64,000 nucleotides of DNA from Eledone cirrhosa (lineage: Eukaryota), in the NCBI GenBank assembly GCA_964016885.1, contig OZ024743.1, positions 322,834,001 to 322,898,000 of the forward strand, read 5' to 3'. Under the pieces are notes generated by a model, which had not been told where the DNA came from, did no database searches, and was given only the letters and a program-made list of their open reading frames with translations. The first letter of the stretch is position 1. The number at the start of each line of letters is the position of its first letter. Both the position numbers and the translations under genes were made by a program. Below are positions 10,240 through 25,000 of the stretch, one piece after another.

Positions 10240-10600
10240 TACAAAGAAAAAAATGTCTTCTAATTGATGTATCAATCCCCACAGATAACATATCTACCAA
10301 GGAAATGGAGAAACTATCCAAATATAAAGATCTAGTAATAGAAATAATCCGAATGCGGATGTTAACGATAGAAATAAAACCTATAATAATAGTAATGATA
10401 AAAAAACAGACAGACAGATACATAACCAAAACCCCAGGACTTACAAATATATACAACATACAGAAAATAGCAGTACTAGGCACTGCACACATATTACGAA
10501 GAGTACTCTCAATATAATAGAAACAACAACACCAAAAACCACACATGCACATACCTAAAGCGCACAGAGCTGCACTCACTAATGCAATGATAATGCACAA
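10240..10600 (+). mobile_element. 3' fragment of an R4/Dong-like non-LTR element (restriction-like endonuclease C-terminus plus 3' UTR)
   Basis: Translation CLLIDVSIPTDNISTKEMEKLSKYKDL...IQKIAVLGTAHILRRVLSI* has the D...KxxKY RLE signature; flanked by AAT repeats. Confidence 0.75.
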
Positions 10601-10812
10601 AATAATAACTGTTTCTACTTTAGGCACAAGACCAGCGATTTGATGGGGAGGGGAAAGTAGATTAAATCAACCCCAGTATGTTACTGGTTCTTTATTTTTT
10701 TTACCCCCATAAGGATGAAAGGCTAAGTTAACCTCAGTGGGATTTGTACTCAGGTCCATAACTCTATGCTGCAAAGCATGTTGTCTGACATGCTATCGAT
10801 ACTGTCAATCAG
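10601..10812 (-). mobile_element. (AAT)n-tailed SINE
   Basis: Same family blocks (TTAGGCACAAG, AAGGATGAAAGGC, GGGATTTGTACTCAG). Confidence 0.75.
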
Positions 10813-10847
10813 CATCATCATCATCAAACAACAACAACAATAATAAT

Positions 10848-11125
10848 AATGTCCCAGTTAGTGATTGGTGTTCTTGACATGGTGACACAGAACCTTGAAA
10901 ACTACCTATCAAAAATAGACTTTGCACCAGGGATTGAACCACTCCAGGGGTCATGCCTACAGGGAACAGCCAGAATATTGAGAAAGGTAATGAAATGACA
11001 AGGAATTATATGAAATAGTTGAAATTACCCTTGGTTACTTGTTTTGCCTGGTATTCCCTAAAATAACCAGCCCAAAGCAACATCAAAGCTGGTCGTGATA
11101 AATAGTCAAATAATAATAATAATAA
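10848..11125 (+). mobile_element. 3' fragment of a second R4/Dong-like element ending in (AAT)n
   Basis: VIGVLDMVTQNLENYLSKIDFAPGIEPLQGSCLQGTARILRKVMK* parallels the GTAHILRRVL terminus of the 10240-10600 fragment; AAT repeats on both sides. Confidence 0.65.
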
Positions 11126-11340
11126 TTGTTTCTACAAGTGGCACAAGGCCAGCAATTTGAAAGGAAAGGGAAAGTCGACTAAATCAGCCCCAGTGCATTA
11201 CTAGTACTTTATTTTATCGACCCTGCAAGGATGAAAGGCAAAGCTAATCTTGGTGGGATTTGAACTCAGAACGTAAAGAGACATAACTAAATTCTGCAAA
11301 ACATTTTGTCTGACACACTAATGATTCTACCAATCCACCA
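11110..11340 (-). mobile_element. (AAT)n-tailed SINE
   Basis: GGCACAAGGCCAGCAATT, TACTTTATTTTATCGACCC, AAGGATGAAAGGCAAAG, GGGATTTGAACTCAGAA. Confidence 0.8.
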
Positions 11341-11656
11341 ATAAAATAGAAAAATACTGATTTACATGAAAGAGAAGGGAGCTATAAACTATTTATAAAT
11401 GCTGTATCAATAAGTAATGGACAAAGTAGTCCCAACAAAGGATTGGTTGTCAACAGATATAGTTAAGTTCTACTGTGTTGTATAATGTAATTAAACCAGT
11501 CAACTCAAGGTTGTGCATCACTGGTTTGAATGGGAATAGATGTAACAAACACAATTGCATGATTCAAAGGATGACTCATAATCAATGATTTTTTTGAAAT
11601 GAAATATTCTGTTTATTGTGATCTATTGACTCTTATTATCAATAACTTTACTAGAC

Positions 11657-11945
11657 AGGTGGTTTAGCAGAATTGTTAGAGCATCAGATAAAATACTTTG
11701 TGATATTTGTTCCAGATTTTTATGTTCTGAGTTCAAATCCCACCAAGGTCAACTTTGCCTTTCATCCTTCTATAGGTTAATAAAATATAGTACCAGTCAT
11801 GAACTGCAGTCAATATAATTGAGTCAAGGTCGCCTTTCATCCTTCCAAGGCAGATAAAATAAATTACCATTCAAGTACTAGGTTGATTTAATTTTTAATC
11901 GACTTTCTTCTCCCCTCCAATTGCTGACTTTATGACTCAAATCAT
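11657..11945 (+). mobile_element. Same SINE family in forward orientation, with a duplicated central block
   Basis: GAGTTCAAATCCC B box; GCCTTTCATCCTTC...ATAAAAT occurs twice (~11757 and ~11832). Confidence 0.75.
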
Positions 11946-12589
11946 AAACAAATACTTATAAGTTCACTGTAAACTATAAAGCTATCTTTTTGAAGTGAGT
12001 TTATTTTATTACTATTCTTTTAATATGTTCCGGCCAACTGGCTTAGGCCTTGCTGGGGCAGTCGCCCTCAAAATCATAGGCCCTTGTCAACTGACCCATC
12101 TGCTACCTTACCATTTGGTCAAGCTTGCTTCTCAGACCACAAATGACCTGAATCTCATCAATACGGCCTGCCTCAACTCCTTTGGTCAAGCTTGCTTCTC
12201 AGACCACAAATTACCCCAAACTCATCATTACTGCCTACCTCACCTCCTTTAGTCAACCTTGCTTCTCAGACCACAAATGACCTCAATCTCATCATTACTG
12301 CCTAACTCACCTCCTTTAGTCAAGCTGGCTTCTCAGACCACAAATGACCTCAATCGCTTCATTACTGCCTACCTCACCTCCTATGGTCAAGCTTGCTTCT
12401 CAGACCACAAATGACCTCAATCTCATCATTACTGCCTACCTCACCTCCTTTGGTCAAGCTTGCTTCTCAGACCACAAATGACATCAATCTCATCATTACT
12501 GCCTACCTCACCTCCTTTGGTCAAGCTTGCTTCTCAGACCACAAATGACCTCAATCTCATAATTAATGCCTACCTCACCTCCTGTGGTC

Positions 12590-15500
12590 AAGCTTGCTTC
12601 TCAGACCACAAATGACCTCAACTTATCATTACTGCCTACCTCACCTCTTTTAGTCAAGCTTGCTTATCAGACCACAAATGACATCAATCTCATCATTACT
12701 GCCTACCTCACCTCCTTTGGTCAAGCTTGCTTCTCAGACCACAAATGACATCAATCTCATCATTACTGCCTACCTCACCTCATTTGGTCAAGCTTGCTTC
12801 TCAGACCACAAATTACATCAATCGCATCATTACTGCCTACTTCACCTCCTATGGTCAAGCTTCCTTCTCAGACCACAAATGACATCAATCTCATCATTAC
12901 TGCCTACCTCACCTCCTTTGGTCAAGCTTGCTTCTCAGACCACAAATGACCTCAATCTCATAATTAATGCCTACCTCACCTCCTTTAGTCAAGCTTGATT
13001 CTCAGACCACAAATGACCTCAATCTCATCATTACAGCCTACCTCACCTCCTTTAGTCAAGCTTGCTTCTCAGACCACAAATGACCTCAACTTATCATTAC
13101 TGCCTACCTCACCTCCTTTAGTCAAGCTTGCTTCTCAGACCACAAATGACATCAATCTCGTCATTACTGCCTACCTCACCTCCTTTAGTCAGGCTTGCTT
13201 CTCAGACCCCAAATGACCTCAATCTCATCATTACTGCCTACCTCACCTCCTTTGGTAAAGCTTGCTTCTCAGACCACAAATGACCGCAATCTCATCATTA
13301 TTGCCTACCTCACCTCCTTTAGTCAAGCTTGCTTCTCAGACCACAAATGACCTCAATCTCATCATTACTGCCTACCTCACCTCCTTTGGTCAAGCTTGCT
13401 TCTCAGACCTCAAATGACCTCAATCTCATCATTACTGCCTACCTCACCTCCTTTGGTCAAGCTTGCTTCTCAGACCACAAATGACCTCAATCTCATCATT
13501 ACATCCTACCTCACCTCCTTTAGTCAAGCTTGCTTCTCAGACCACAAATGACCTCAATCTCATCATTACTGCCTACCTCACCTCCTTTGGTCAAGCTTGC
13601 TTCTCAGACCACAAATGACCTCAATCTCATCATTATTGCCTACCTCACCTCCTTTAGTCAAGCTTGCTTCTCAGACCACAAATGACCTCAATCTCATCAT
13701 TACTGCCTACCTCACCTCCTTTAGTCAAGCTTGCTTCTCAGACCACAAATGACCTCAATCTCATCATTACTGTCTACCTCACATCCTTTAGTCAAGCTTG
13801 CTTCTCAGATAACAAATGACCTCAATCTCATCATTACTGCCTACCTCACCTCCTTTAGTCAAGCTTGCTTCTCAGACCACAAATTACATCAATCTCATCA
13901 TTAATGCATATCTCACCTCCTTTGGTCAAGCTTGCTTCTCAGACCACAAATGACCTCAATCTCATCATTACTGCCTACCTCACCTCATATAGTCAAGCTT
14001 GCTTCTCAGACCACAAATGACCTCAATCTCATCATTACTGCCTACCTCACCTTCTTTGGTCAAGCTTGCTTCTCAGACCACAAATGACCTCAATCTCATC
14101 ATTATTGCCTACCTCACCTCCTTTAGTCAAGCTTGCTTCTCAGACCACAAATGACCTCAATCTCATCATTACTGCCTACCTCACCTCCTTTAGTCAAGCT
14201 TGCTTCTCAGACCACAAATGACCTCAATCTCATCATTACTGTCTACCTCACATCCTTTAGTCAAGCTTGCTTCTCAGATAACAAATGACCTCAATCTCAT
14301 CATTACTGCCTACCTCACCTCCTTTAGTCAAGCTTGCTTCTCAGACCACAAATTACATCAATCTCATCATTAATGCATACCTCACCTCCTTTGGTCAAGC
14401 TTGCTTCTCAGACCACAAATGACCTCAATCTCATCATTACTGCCTACCTCACCTCATATAGTCAAGCTTGCTTCTCAGACCACAAATGACCTCAATCTCA
14501 TCATTACTGTCTACCTCATCTCCTTTGGTCAAGCTTGCTTCTCAGACCACAAATGACATCAATCTCATCGTTACTGCCTACCTCACCTCCTTTAGTCAAG
14601 CTTCCTTCTCAGACCACAAATGAACTCAATCTCATCATTACTGCCTACCTCACCTCATTTAGTCAAGCTTGCTTCTCAGACCACAAATGACCTCAACTTA
14701 TCATTACAGCCTACCTCACCTCCTTTAGTCAAGCTTGCTTCTCAGACCAAAAATGATCTCAATCCCATCATTACTGCCTACCTCACCTCCTTTGGTCAAG
14801 CTTTCTTCTCAGACCACAAATGACATCAAACTCATCATTACTGCCTACCTCACCTCCTTTAGTCAAGCTTGCTTCTCAGACCACAAATGACCTCAATCTC
14901 ATCATTACTGCCTACCTCACCTCCTTTGGTCAAGCTTGCTTCTCAGACCTCAAATGACCTCAATCTCATCATTACTGCCTACCTCACCTCCTTTGGTCAA
15001 GCTTGCTTCTCAGACCACAAATGACCTCAATCTCATCATTACATCCTACCTCACCTCCTTTAGTCAAGCTTGCTTCTCAGACCACAAATGACCTCAATCT
15101 CATCATTACTGCCTACCTCACCTTCTTTGGTCAAGCTTGCTTCTCAGACCACAAATGACCTCAATCTCATCATTATTGCCTACCTCACCTCCTTTAGTCA
15201 AGCTTGCTTCTCAGACCACAAATGACCTCAATCTCATCATTACTGCCTACCTCACCTCCTTTAGTCAAGCTTGCTTCTCAGACCACAAATGACCTCAATC
15301 TCATCATTACTGTCTACCTCACATCCTTTAGTCAAGCTTGCTTCTCAGATAACAAATGACCTCAATCTCATCATTACTGCCTACCTCACCTTCTTTAGTC
15401 AAGCTTGCTTCTCAGACCACAAATTACATCAATCTCATCATTAATGCATACCTCACCTCCTTTGGTCAAGCTTGCTTCTCAGACCACAAATGACCTCAAT

Positions 15501-18500
15501 CTCATCATTACTGCCTACCTCACCTCATATAGTCAAGCTTGCTTCTCAGACCACAAATGACCTCAATCTCATCATTACTGTCTACCTCATCTCCTTTGGT
15601 CAAGCTTGCTTCTCAGACCACAAATGACATCAATCTCATCTTTACTGCCTACCTCACCTCCTTTAGTCAAGCTTCCTTCTCAGACCACAAATGAACTCAA
15701 TCTCATCATTACTGCCTACCTCACCTCATTTAGTCAAGCTTACTTCTCAGACCACAAATGACCTCAACTTTTCATTACAGCCTACCTCACCTCCTTTAGT
15801 CAAGCTTGCTTCTCAGACCAAAAATGATCTCAATCCCATCATTACTGCCTACCTCACCTCCTTTGGTCAAGCTTTCTTCTCAGACCACAAATGACATCAA
15901 ACTCATCATTACTGCCTACCTCACCTCCTTTAGTCAAGCTTGCTTCTCAGACCACAAATTACATCAATCTCATCATTAATGCATACCTCATCTCCTTTGG
16001 TCAAGCTTGCTTCTCAGACCACAAATGACCTCAATCTCATCATTACTGCCTACCTCACCTCCTTTAGTCAAGCTTGCTTCTCAGACCACAAATGACCTCA
16101 ATCTCATCATTACTGCCTACCTCACCTCCTTTAGTCAAGCTTGCTTCTCAGACCACAAATGACCTCAATCTCATCATTACTGCCTACCTCACCTCCTTTA
16201 GTCAAGCTTGCTTCTCAGACCACAAATTACATCAATCTCATCATTAATGAATACCTCACCTCCTTTGGTCAAGCTTGCTTCTCAGACCACAAATGACCTA
16301 AATCTTATCATTACTGCCTACCTCACCTCCTTTGGTCAAGATTGCTTCTCAGACCAGAAATGACCTTAATCTCATCATTACTGCCTACCTCACCTCATTT
16401 AGTGAAGCTTGCTTCTCAGACCACAAATGACCTCAACGTATCAATACCGCCTACCTCACCTCCTTTAGTCAAGCTTGCTTCTCAGAACACAAATGACCTC
16501 AACTTATCATTACAGCCTACCTCACCTCCTTTAGTCAAGCTTGCTTCTCAGACCACAAATGATCTCAATCCCATCATTACTGCCTACCTCACCTCCTTTA
16601 GTCAAGCTTGCTTCTCAGACAACAAATGACCTCAATCTCGTCATTACTGCCTACCTCACCTCCTTTGGTCAAGCTTGCTTCTCAGACCACAAATGACCTA
16701 AATCTTATCATTACTGCCTACCTCACCTCCTTTAGTCAATCTTGCTTCTCAGACCACAATTGACCTCAATCTTATCATTACTGCCTACATCACCTCGTTT
16801 GGTCAAGCTTGCTTCTCAGACCACAAATGACCTCAATCTTATCATTACTGCCTACCTCACCTCCTTTGGTCAAGCTTGCTTCTAAGACCACAATTGACCT
16901 CAATCTTATCATTACTGCCTACCTCACATCCTTTGGTCAAACTTGCTTCTCAGACCACAAATTACAGCAATCTTATCATTACTGCCTACCTCACCTCCTT
17001 TAGTCAAGCTTGCTTCTCAGACCACAAATGACCTCAACTTATCATTACTGCCTACCTCACCTCATTTAGTCAAACTTCCTTCTCAGACTACGAATTACCT
17101 CAATCTCATCATTACTGCCTACCTCACCTCCTTTAGTCAAGCTTGCTTCTCAGACCACAAATGACCTCAATCTTATCATTACTGCCTACCTCACCTCCTT
17201 TGGTCAAGCTTGCTTCTCAGACCACGAAATACCTCAATCTCATCATTACTGCCTACCTCACCTCCTTTAGTCAAGCTTGCTTCTCAGACCACAAATGACC
17301 TCAATCTCATAATTAATGCCTACCTCACCTCCTTTGGTCAAGCTTGCTTCTCAGACCACAAATGACCTCAACTTATCATTACTGCCTACCTCACCTCTTT
17401 TAGTCAAGCTTGCTTATCAGACCACAAATGACATCAATCTCATCATTACTGCCTACCTCACCTCCTTTGGTCAAGCTTGCTTCTCAGACCACAAATGACA
17501 TCAATCTCATCATTACTGCCTACCTCACCTCATTTGGTCAAGCTTGCTTCTCAGACCACAAATTACATCAATCGCATCATTACTGCCTACTTCACCTCCT
17601 ATGGTCAAGCTTCCTTCTCAGACCACAAATGACATCAATCTCATCATTACTGCCTACCTCACCTCCTTTGGTCAAGCTTGCTTCTCAGACCACAAATGAC
17701 CTCAATCTCATAATTAATGCCTACCTCACCTCCTTTAGTCAAGCTTGATTCTCAGACCACAAATGACCTCAATCTCATCATTACAGCCTACCTCACCTCC
17801 TTTAGTCAAGCTTGCTTCTCAGACCACAAATGACCTCAACTTATCATTACTGCCTACCTCACCTCCTTTAGTCAAGCTTGCTTCTCAGACCACAAATGAC
17901 ATCAATCTCGTCATTACTGCCTACCTCACCTCCTTTAGTCAGGCTTGCTTCTCAGACCCCAAATGACCTCAATCTCATCATTACTGCCTACCTCACCTCC
18001 TTTGGTAAAGCTTGCTTCTCAGACCACAAATGACCGCAATCTCATCATTATTGCCTACCTCACCTCCTTTAGTCAAGCTTGCTTCTCAGACCACAAATGA
18101 CCTCAATCTCATCATTACTGCCTACCTCACCTCCTTTGGTCAAGCTTGCTTCTCAGACCTCAAATGACCTCAATCTCATCATTACTGCCTACCTCACCTC
18201 CTTTGGTCAAGCTTGCTTCTCAGACCACAAATGACCTCAATCTCATCATTACATCCTACCTCACCTCCTTTAGTCAAGCTTGCTTCTCAGACCACAAATG
18301 ACCTCAATCTCATCATTACTGCCTACCTCACCTCCTTTGGTCAAGCTTGCTTCTCAGACCACAAATGACCTCAATCTCATCATTATTGCCTACCTCACCT
18401 CCTTTAGTCAAGCTTGCTTCTCAGACCACAAATGACCTCAATCTCATCATTACTGCCTACCTCACCTCCTTTAGTCAAGCTTGCTTCTCAGACCACAAAT

Positions 18501-21500
18501 GACCTCAATCTCATCATTACTGTCTACCTCACATCCTTTAGTCAAGCTTGCTTCTCAGATAACAAATGACCTCAATCTCATCATTACTGCCTACCTCACC
18601 TCCTTTAGTCAAGCTTGCTTCTCAGACCACAAATTACATCAATCTCATCATTAATGCATATCTCACCTCCTTTGGTCAAGCTTGCTTCTCAGACCACAAA
18701 TGACCTCAATCTCATCATTACTGCCTACCTCACCTCATATAGTCAAGCTTGCTTCTCAGACCACAAATGACCTCAATCTCATCATTACTGCCTACCTCAC
18801 CTTCTTTGGTCAAGCTTGCTTCTCAGACCACAAATGACCTCAATCTCATCATTATTGCCTACCTCACCTCCTTTAGTCAAGCTTGCTTCTCAGACCACAA
18901 ATGACCTCAATCTCATCATTACTGCCTACCTCACCTCCTTTAGTCAAGCTTGCTTCTCAGACCACAAATGACCTCAATCTCATCATTACTGTCTACCTCA
19001 CATCCTTTAGTCAAGCTTGCTTCTCAGATAACAAATGACCTCAATCTCATCATTACTGCCTACCTCACCTCCTTTAGTCAAGCTTGCTTCTCAGACCACA
19101 AATTACATCAATCTCATCATTAATGCATACCTCACCTCCTTTGGTCAAGCTTGCTTCTCAGACCACAAATGACCTCAATCTCATCATTACTGCCTACCTC
19201 ACCTCATATAGTCAAGCTTGCTTCTCAGACCACAAATGACCTCAATCTCATCATTACTGTCTACCTCATCTCCTTTGGTCAAGCTTGCTTCTCAGACCAC
19301 AAATGACATCAATCTCATCGTTACTGCCTACCTCACCTCCTTTAGTCAAGCTTCCTTCTCAGACCACAAATGAACTCAATCTCATCATTACTGCCTACCT
19401 CACCTCATTTAGTCAAGCTTGCTTCTCAGACCACAAATGACCTCAACTTATCATTACAGCCTACCTCACCTCCTTTAGTCAAGCTTGCTTCTCAGACCAA
19501 AAATGATCTCAATCCCATCATTACTGCCTACCTCACCTCCTTTGGTCAAGCTTTCTTCTCAGACCACAAATGACATCAAACTCATCATTACTGCCTACCT
19601 CACCTCCTTTAGTCAAGCTTGCTTCTCAGACCACAAATGACCTCAATCTCATCATTACTGCCTACCTCACCTCCTTTGGTCAAGCTTGCTTCTCAGACCT
19701 CAAATGACCTCAATCTCATCATTACTGCCTACCTCACCTCCTTTGGTCAAGCTTGCTTCTCAGACCACAAATGACCTCAATCTCATCATTACATCCTACC
19801 TCACCTCCTTTAGTCAAGCTTGCTTCTCAGACCACAAATGACCTCAATCTCATCATTACTGCCTACCTCACCTTCTTTGGTCAAGCTTGCTTCTCAGACC
19901 ACAAATGACCTCAATCTCATCATTATTGCCTACCTCACCTCCTTTAGTCAAGCTTGCTTCTCAGACCACAAATGACCTCAATCTCATCATTACTGCCTAC
20001 CTCACCTCCTTTAGTCAAGCTTGCTTCTCAGACCACAAATGACCTCAATCTCATCATTACTGTCTACCTCACATCCTTTAGTCAAGCTTGCTTCTCAGAT
20101 AACAAATGACCTCAATCTCATCATTACTGCCTACCTCACCTTCTTTAGTCAAGCTTGCTTCTCAGACCACAAATTACATCAATCTCATCATTAATGCATA
20201 CCTCACCTCCTTTGGTCAAGCTTGCTTCTCAGACCACAAATGACCTCAATCTCATCATTACTGCCTACCTCACCTCATATAGTCAAGCTTGCTTCTCAGA
20301 CCACAAATGACCTCAATCTCATCATTACTGTCTACCTCATCTCCTTTGGTCAAGCTTGCTTCTCAGACCACAAATGACATCAATCTCATCTTTACTGCCT
20401 ACCTCACCTCCTTTAGTCAAGCTTCCTTCTCAGACCACAAATGAACTCAATCTCATCATTACTGCCTACCTCACCTCATTTAGTCAAGCTTACTTCTCAG
20501 ACCACAAATGACCTCAACTTTTCATTACAGCCTACCTCACCTCCTTTAGTCAAGCTTGCTTCTCAGACCAAAAATGATCTCAATCCCATCATTACTGCCT
20601 ACCTCACCTCCTTTGGTCAAGCTTTCTTCTCAGACCACAAATGACATCAAACTCATCATTACTGCCTACCTCACCTCCTTTAGTCAAGCTTGCTTCTCAG
20701 ACCACAAATTACATCAATCTCATCATTAATGCATACCTCATCTCCTTTGGTCAAGCTTGCTTCTCAGACCACAAATGACCTCAATCTCATCATTACTGCC
20801 TACCTCACCTCCTTTAGTCAAGCTTGCTTCTCAGACCACAAATGACCTCAATCTCATCATTACTGCCTACCTCACCTCCTTTAGTCAAGCTTGCTTCTCA
20901 GACCACAAATGACCTCAATCTCATCATTACTGCCTACCTCACCTCCTTTAGTCAAGCTTGCTTCTCAGACCACAAATTACATCAATCTCATCATTAATGA
21001 ATACCTCACCTCCTTTGGTCAAGCTTGCTTCTCAGACCACAAATGACCTAAATCTTATCATTACTGCCTACCTCACCTCCTTTGGTCAAGATTGCTTCTC
21101 AGACCAGAAATGACCTTAATCTCATCATTACTGCCTACCTCACCTCATTTAGTGAAGCTTGCTTCTCAGACCACAAATGACCTCAACGTATCAATACCGC
21201 CTACCTCACCTCCTTTAGTCAAGCTTGCTTCTCAGAACACAAATGACCTCAACTTATCATTACAGCCTACCTCACCTCCTTTAGTCAAGCTTGCTTCTCA
21301 GACCACAAATGATCTCAATCCCATCATTACTGCCTACCTCACCTCCTTTAGTCAAGCTTGCTTCTCAGACAACAAATGACCTCAATCTCGTCATTACTGC
21401 CTACCTCACCTCCTTTGGTCAAGCTTGCTTCTCAGACCACAAATGACCTAAATCTTATCATTACTGCCTACCTCACCTCCTTTAGTCAATCTTGCTTCTC

Positions 21501-22050
21501 AGACCACAATTGACCTCAATCTTATCATTACTGCCTACATCACCTCGTTTGGTCAAGCTTGCTTCTCAGACCACAAATGACCTCAATCTTATCATTACTG
21601 CCTACCTCACCTCCTTTGGTCAAGCTTGCTTCTAAGACCACAATTGACCTCAATCTTATCATTACTGCCTACCTCACATCCTTTGGTCAAACTTGCTTCT
21701 CAGACCACAAATTACAGCAATCTTATCATTACTGCCTACCTCACCTCCTTTAGTCAAGCTTGCTTCTCAGACCACAAATGACCTCAACTTATCATTACTG
21801 CCTACCTCACCTCATTTAGTCAAACTTCCTTCTCAGACTACGAATTACCTCAATCTCATCATTACTGCCTACCTCACCTCCTTTAGTCAAGCTTGCTTCT
21901 CAGACCACAAATGACCTCAATCTTATCATTACTGCCTACCTCACCTCCTTTGGTCAAGCTTGCTTCTCAGACCACGAAATACCTCAATCTCATCATTACT
22001 GCCTACCTCACCTCCTTTAGTCAAGCTTGCTTCTCAGACCACAAATGACC
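12590..22050. repeat. Higher-order tandem duplication, period 4750 bp (~71 monomers), two copies
   Basis: Identical translated ORFs recur at +4750 (12660/17410, 14620/19370, 16342/21092, 16943/21693). Confidence 0.95.
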
Positions 22051-25000
22051 TCAATCTTATCATTACTGCCTATCTTATCTCCTTTAGTCAAGCTTGCTTC
22101 TCAGACCAGAAATGACCTCAATCTCATCATTACTGCCTACCTCACCTCCTTTAGTCAAGCTTGCTTCTCAGACCACAAATGACCTCAATCTCATCATTAA
22201 GCCTACCTCACCTCCTTTAGTCAAGCTTGCTTCTCAGAGCACAAATGATCTCAATCTCATCTTTAATGCCTACCTCACCTCCTTTAGTCAAGCTTGCTTC
22301 TCAGACAACAAATGACCTCAATTTCATCATTACAGCCTACCTCACCTCCTTTAGTCAGGCTTGCTTCTCAGACCACAAATGACCTCAACTTATCATTACT
22401 GCCTACCACACGCCTTCAGTGAACTTGCTTCTCAGACCACAAATGACCTCAATCTCATCATTATTGCCTACCTCACCTCCTTTATTCAAGCTTGCTTCTC
22501 AGACCACAAATGACCTCAATCTCATCATTACTGCCTACCTCACCTCCTTTAGTCAAGCTTGCTTCTCAGACCACAAATGACCTCAATCTCATCATTACTG
22601 TCTACCTCACATCCTTTAGTCAAGCTTGCTTCTCAGATAACAAATGACCTCAATCTCATCATTACTGCCTACCTCACCTCCTTTAGTCAAGCTTGCTTCT
22701 CAGACCACAAATTACATCAATCTCATCATTAATGCATACCTCACCTCCTTTGGTCAAGCTTGCTTCTCAGACCACAAATGACCTCAATCTCATCATTACT
22801 GCCTACCTCACCTCATTTAGTCAAGCTTGCTTCTCAGACCACAAATGACCTCAATCTCATCATTACTGTCTACCTCATCTCCTTTGGTCAAGCTTGCTTC
22901 TCAGACCACAAATGACATCAATCTCATCGTTACTGCCTACCTCACCTCCTTTAGTCAAGCTTGCTTCTCAGACCACAAATGAACTCAATCTCATCATTAC
23001 TGCCTACCTCACCTCATTTAGTCAAGCTTGCTTCTCAGACCACAAATGACCTCAACTTATCATTACAGCCTACCTCACCTCCTTTAGTCAAGCTTGCTTC
23101 TCAGACCAAAAATGATCTCAATCCCATCATTACTGCCTACCTCACCTCCTTTGGTCAAGCTTTCTTCTCAGACCACAAATGACATCAAACTCATCATTAC
23201 TGCCTACCTCACCTCCTTTAGTCAAGCTTGCTTCTCAGACCACAAATTACATCAATCTCATCATTAATGCATACCTCACCTCCTTTGGTCAAGCTTGCTT
23301 CTCAGACCACAAATGACCTCAATCTCATCATTACTGCCTACCTCACCTCCTTTAGTCAAGCTTGCTTCTCAGACCACAAATGACCTCAATCTCATCATTA
23401 CTGCCTACCTCACCTCCTTTAGTCAAGCTTGCTTCTCAGACCACAAATGACCTCAATCTCATCATTACTGCCTACCTCACCTCCTTTAGTCAAGCTTGCT
23501 TCTCAGACCACAAATTACATCAATCTCATCATTAATGAATACCTCACCTCCTTTGGTCAAGCTTGCTTCTCAGACCACAAATTACCTCAACTTAACATTA
23601 CAGCCTACATCACCTCCTTTAGTCAAGCTTGCTTCTCGGACCACAAATGATCTCAATCTCATCATTACTGCCTACCTCACCTCCTTCGGTCAAGCTAGCT
23701 TCTCAGACCACAAATGACCTAAATCTTATCATTACTGCCTACCTCACCTCCTTTGGTCAATCTTGCTTCTCAGATCACAATTGACCTCAATCTTATCATT
23801 ACTGCCTACCTCACCTCCTTTGGTCAAGATTGCTTCTCAGACCAGAAATGACCTTAATCTCATCATTACTGCCTACCTCACCTCATTTAGTCAAGCTTGT
23901 TTCTCAGACCACAAGTGACCTCAACGTATCAATACTGCCTACCTCACCTCCTTTAGTCAAGCTTGCTTCTCAGAACACAAATGACATCAACTTATCATTA
24001 CAGCCTACCTCACCTCCTTTAGTCAAGCTTGCTTCTCAGACCACAAATTATCTCAATCCCATCATTACTGCCTACCTCACCTCCTTTAGTCAAGCTTGCT
24101 TCTCAGACAACAAATGACCTCAATATCGTCATTACTGCCTACCTCACCTCCTTTGGTCAAGCTTGCTTCTCAGACCACAAATGACCTAAATCTTATCATT
24201 ACTGCCTACCTCACCTCCTTTAGTCAATCTTGCTTCTCAGACCACAATTGACCTCAATCTTATCATTACTGCCTACATCACCTCGGTTGGTCAAGCTTGC
24301 TTCTAAGACCACAATTGACCTCAATCTTATCATTACTGCCTACCTCACATCCTTTGGTCAAACTTGCTTCTCAGACCACGAATTACAGTAATCTTATCAT
24401 TACTGCCTACCTCACCTCCTTTAGTCAAGCTTGCTTCTCAGACCACAAATGACCTCAACTTATCATTACTGCCTACGTCACCTCATTTAGTCAAACTTAC
24501 TTCTCAGACTACAAATGACCTCAATCTTATCATTACTGCCTACCTCACCTCCTTTGGTCAAGCTTGCTTCTCAGACCACGAATTACCTCAATCTCATCAT
24601 TACTGCCTACCTCACCTCCTTTAGTCAAGCTTGCTTCTCAGACCACAAATGACCTCAATCTTATCATTACTGCCTATCTTATCTCCTTTAGTCAAGATTG
24701 CTTCTCAGACCAGAAATGACCTCAATCTCATCATTACTGCCTACCTCACCTCCTTTAGTCAAGCTTGCTTCTCAGACCACAAATGACCTCAATCTCATCA
24801 TTAAGTCTACCTCACCTCCTTTAGTCAAGCTTGCTTCTCAGAGCACAAATGACCTCAATCTCATCTTTAATGCCTACCTCACCTCCTTTAGTCAAGCTTG
24901 CTTCTCAGACCACAAATGACCTCAATTTCATCATTACAGCCTACCTCACCTCCTTTAGTCAGGCTTGCTTCTCAGACCACAAATGACCTCAATCTCATCA

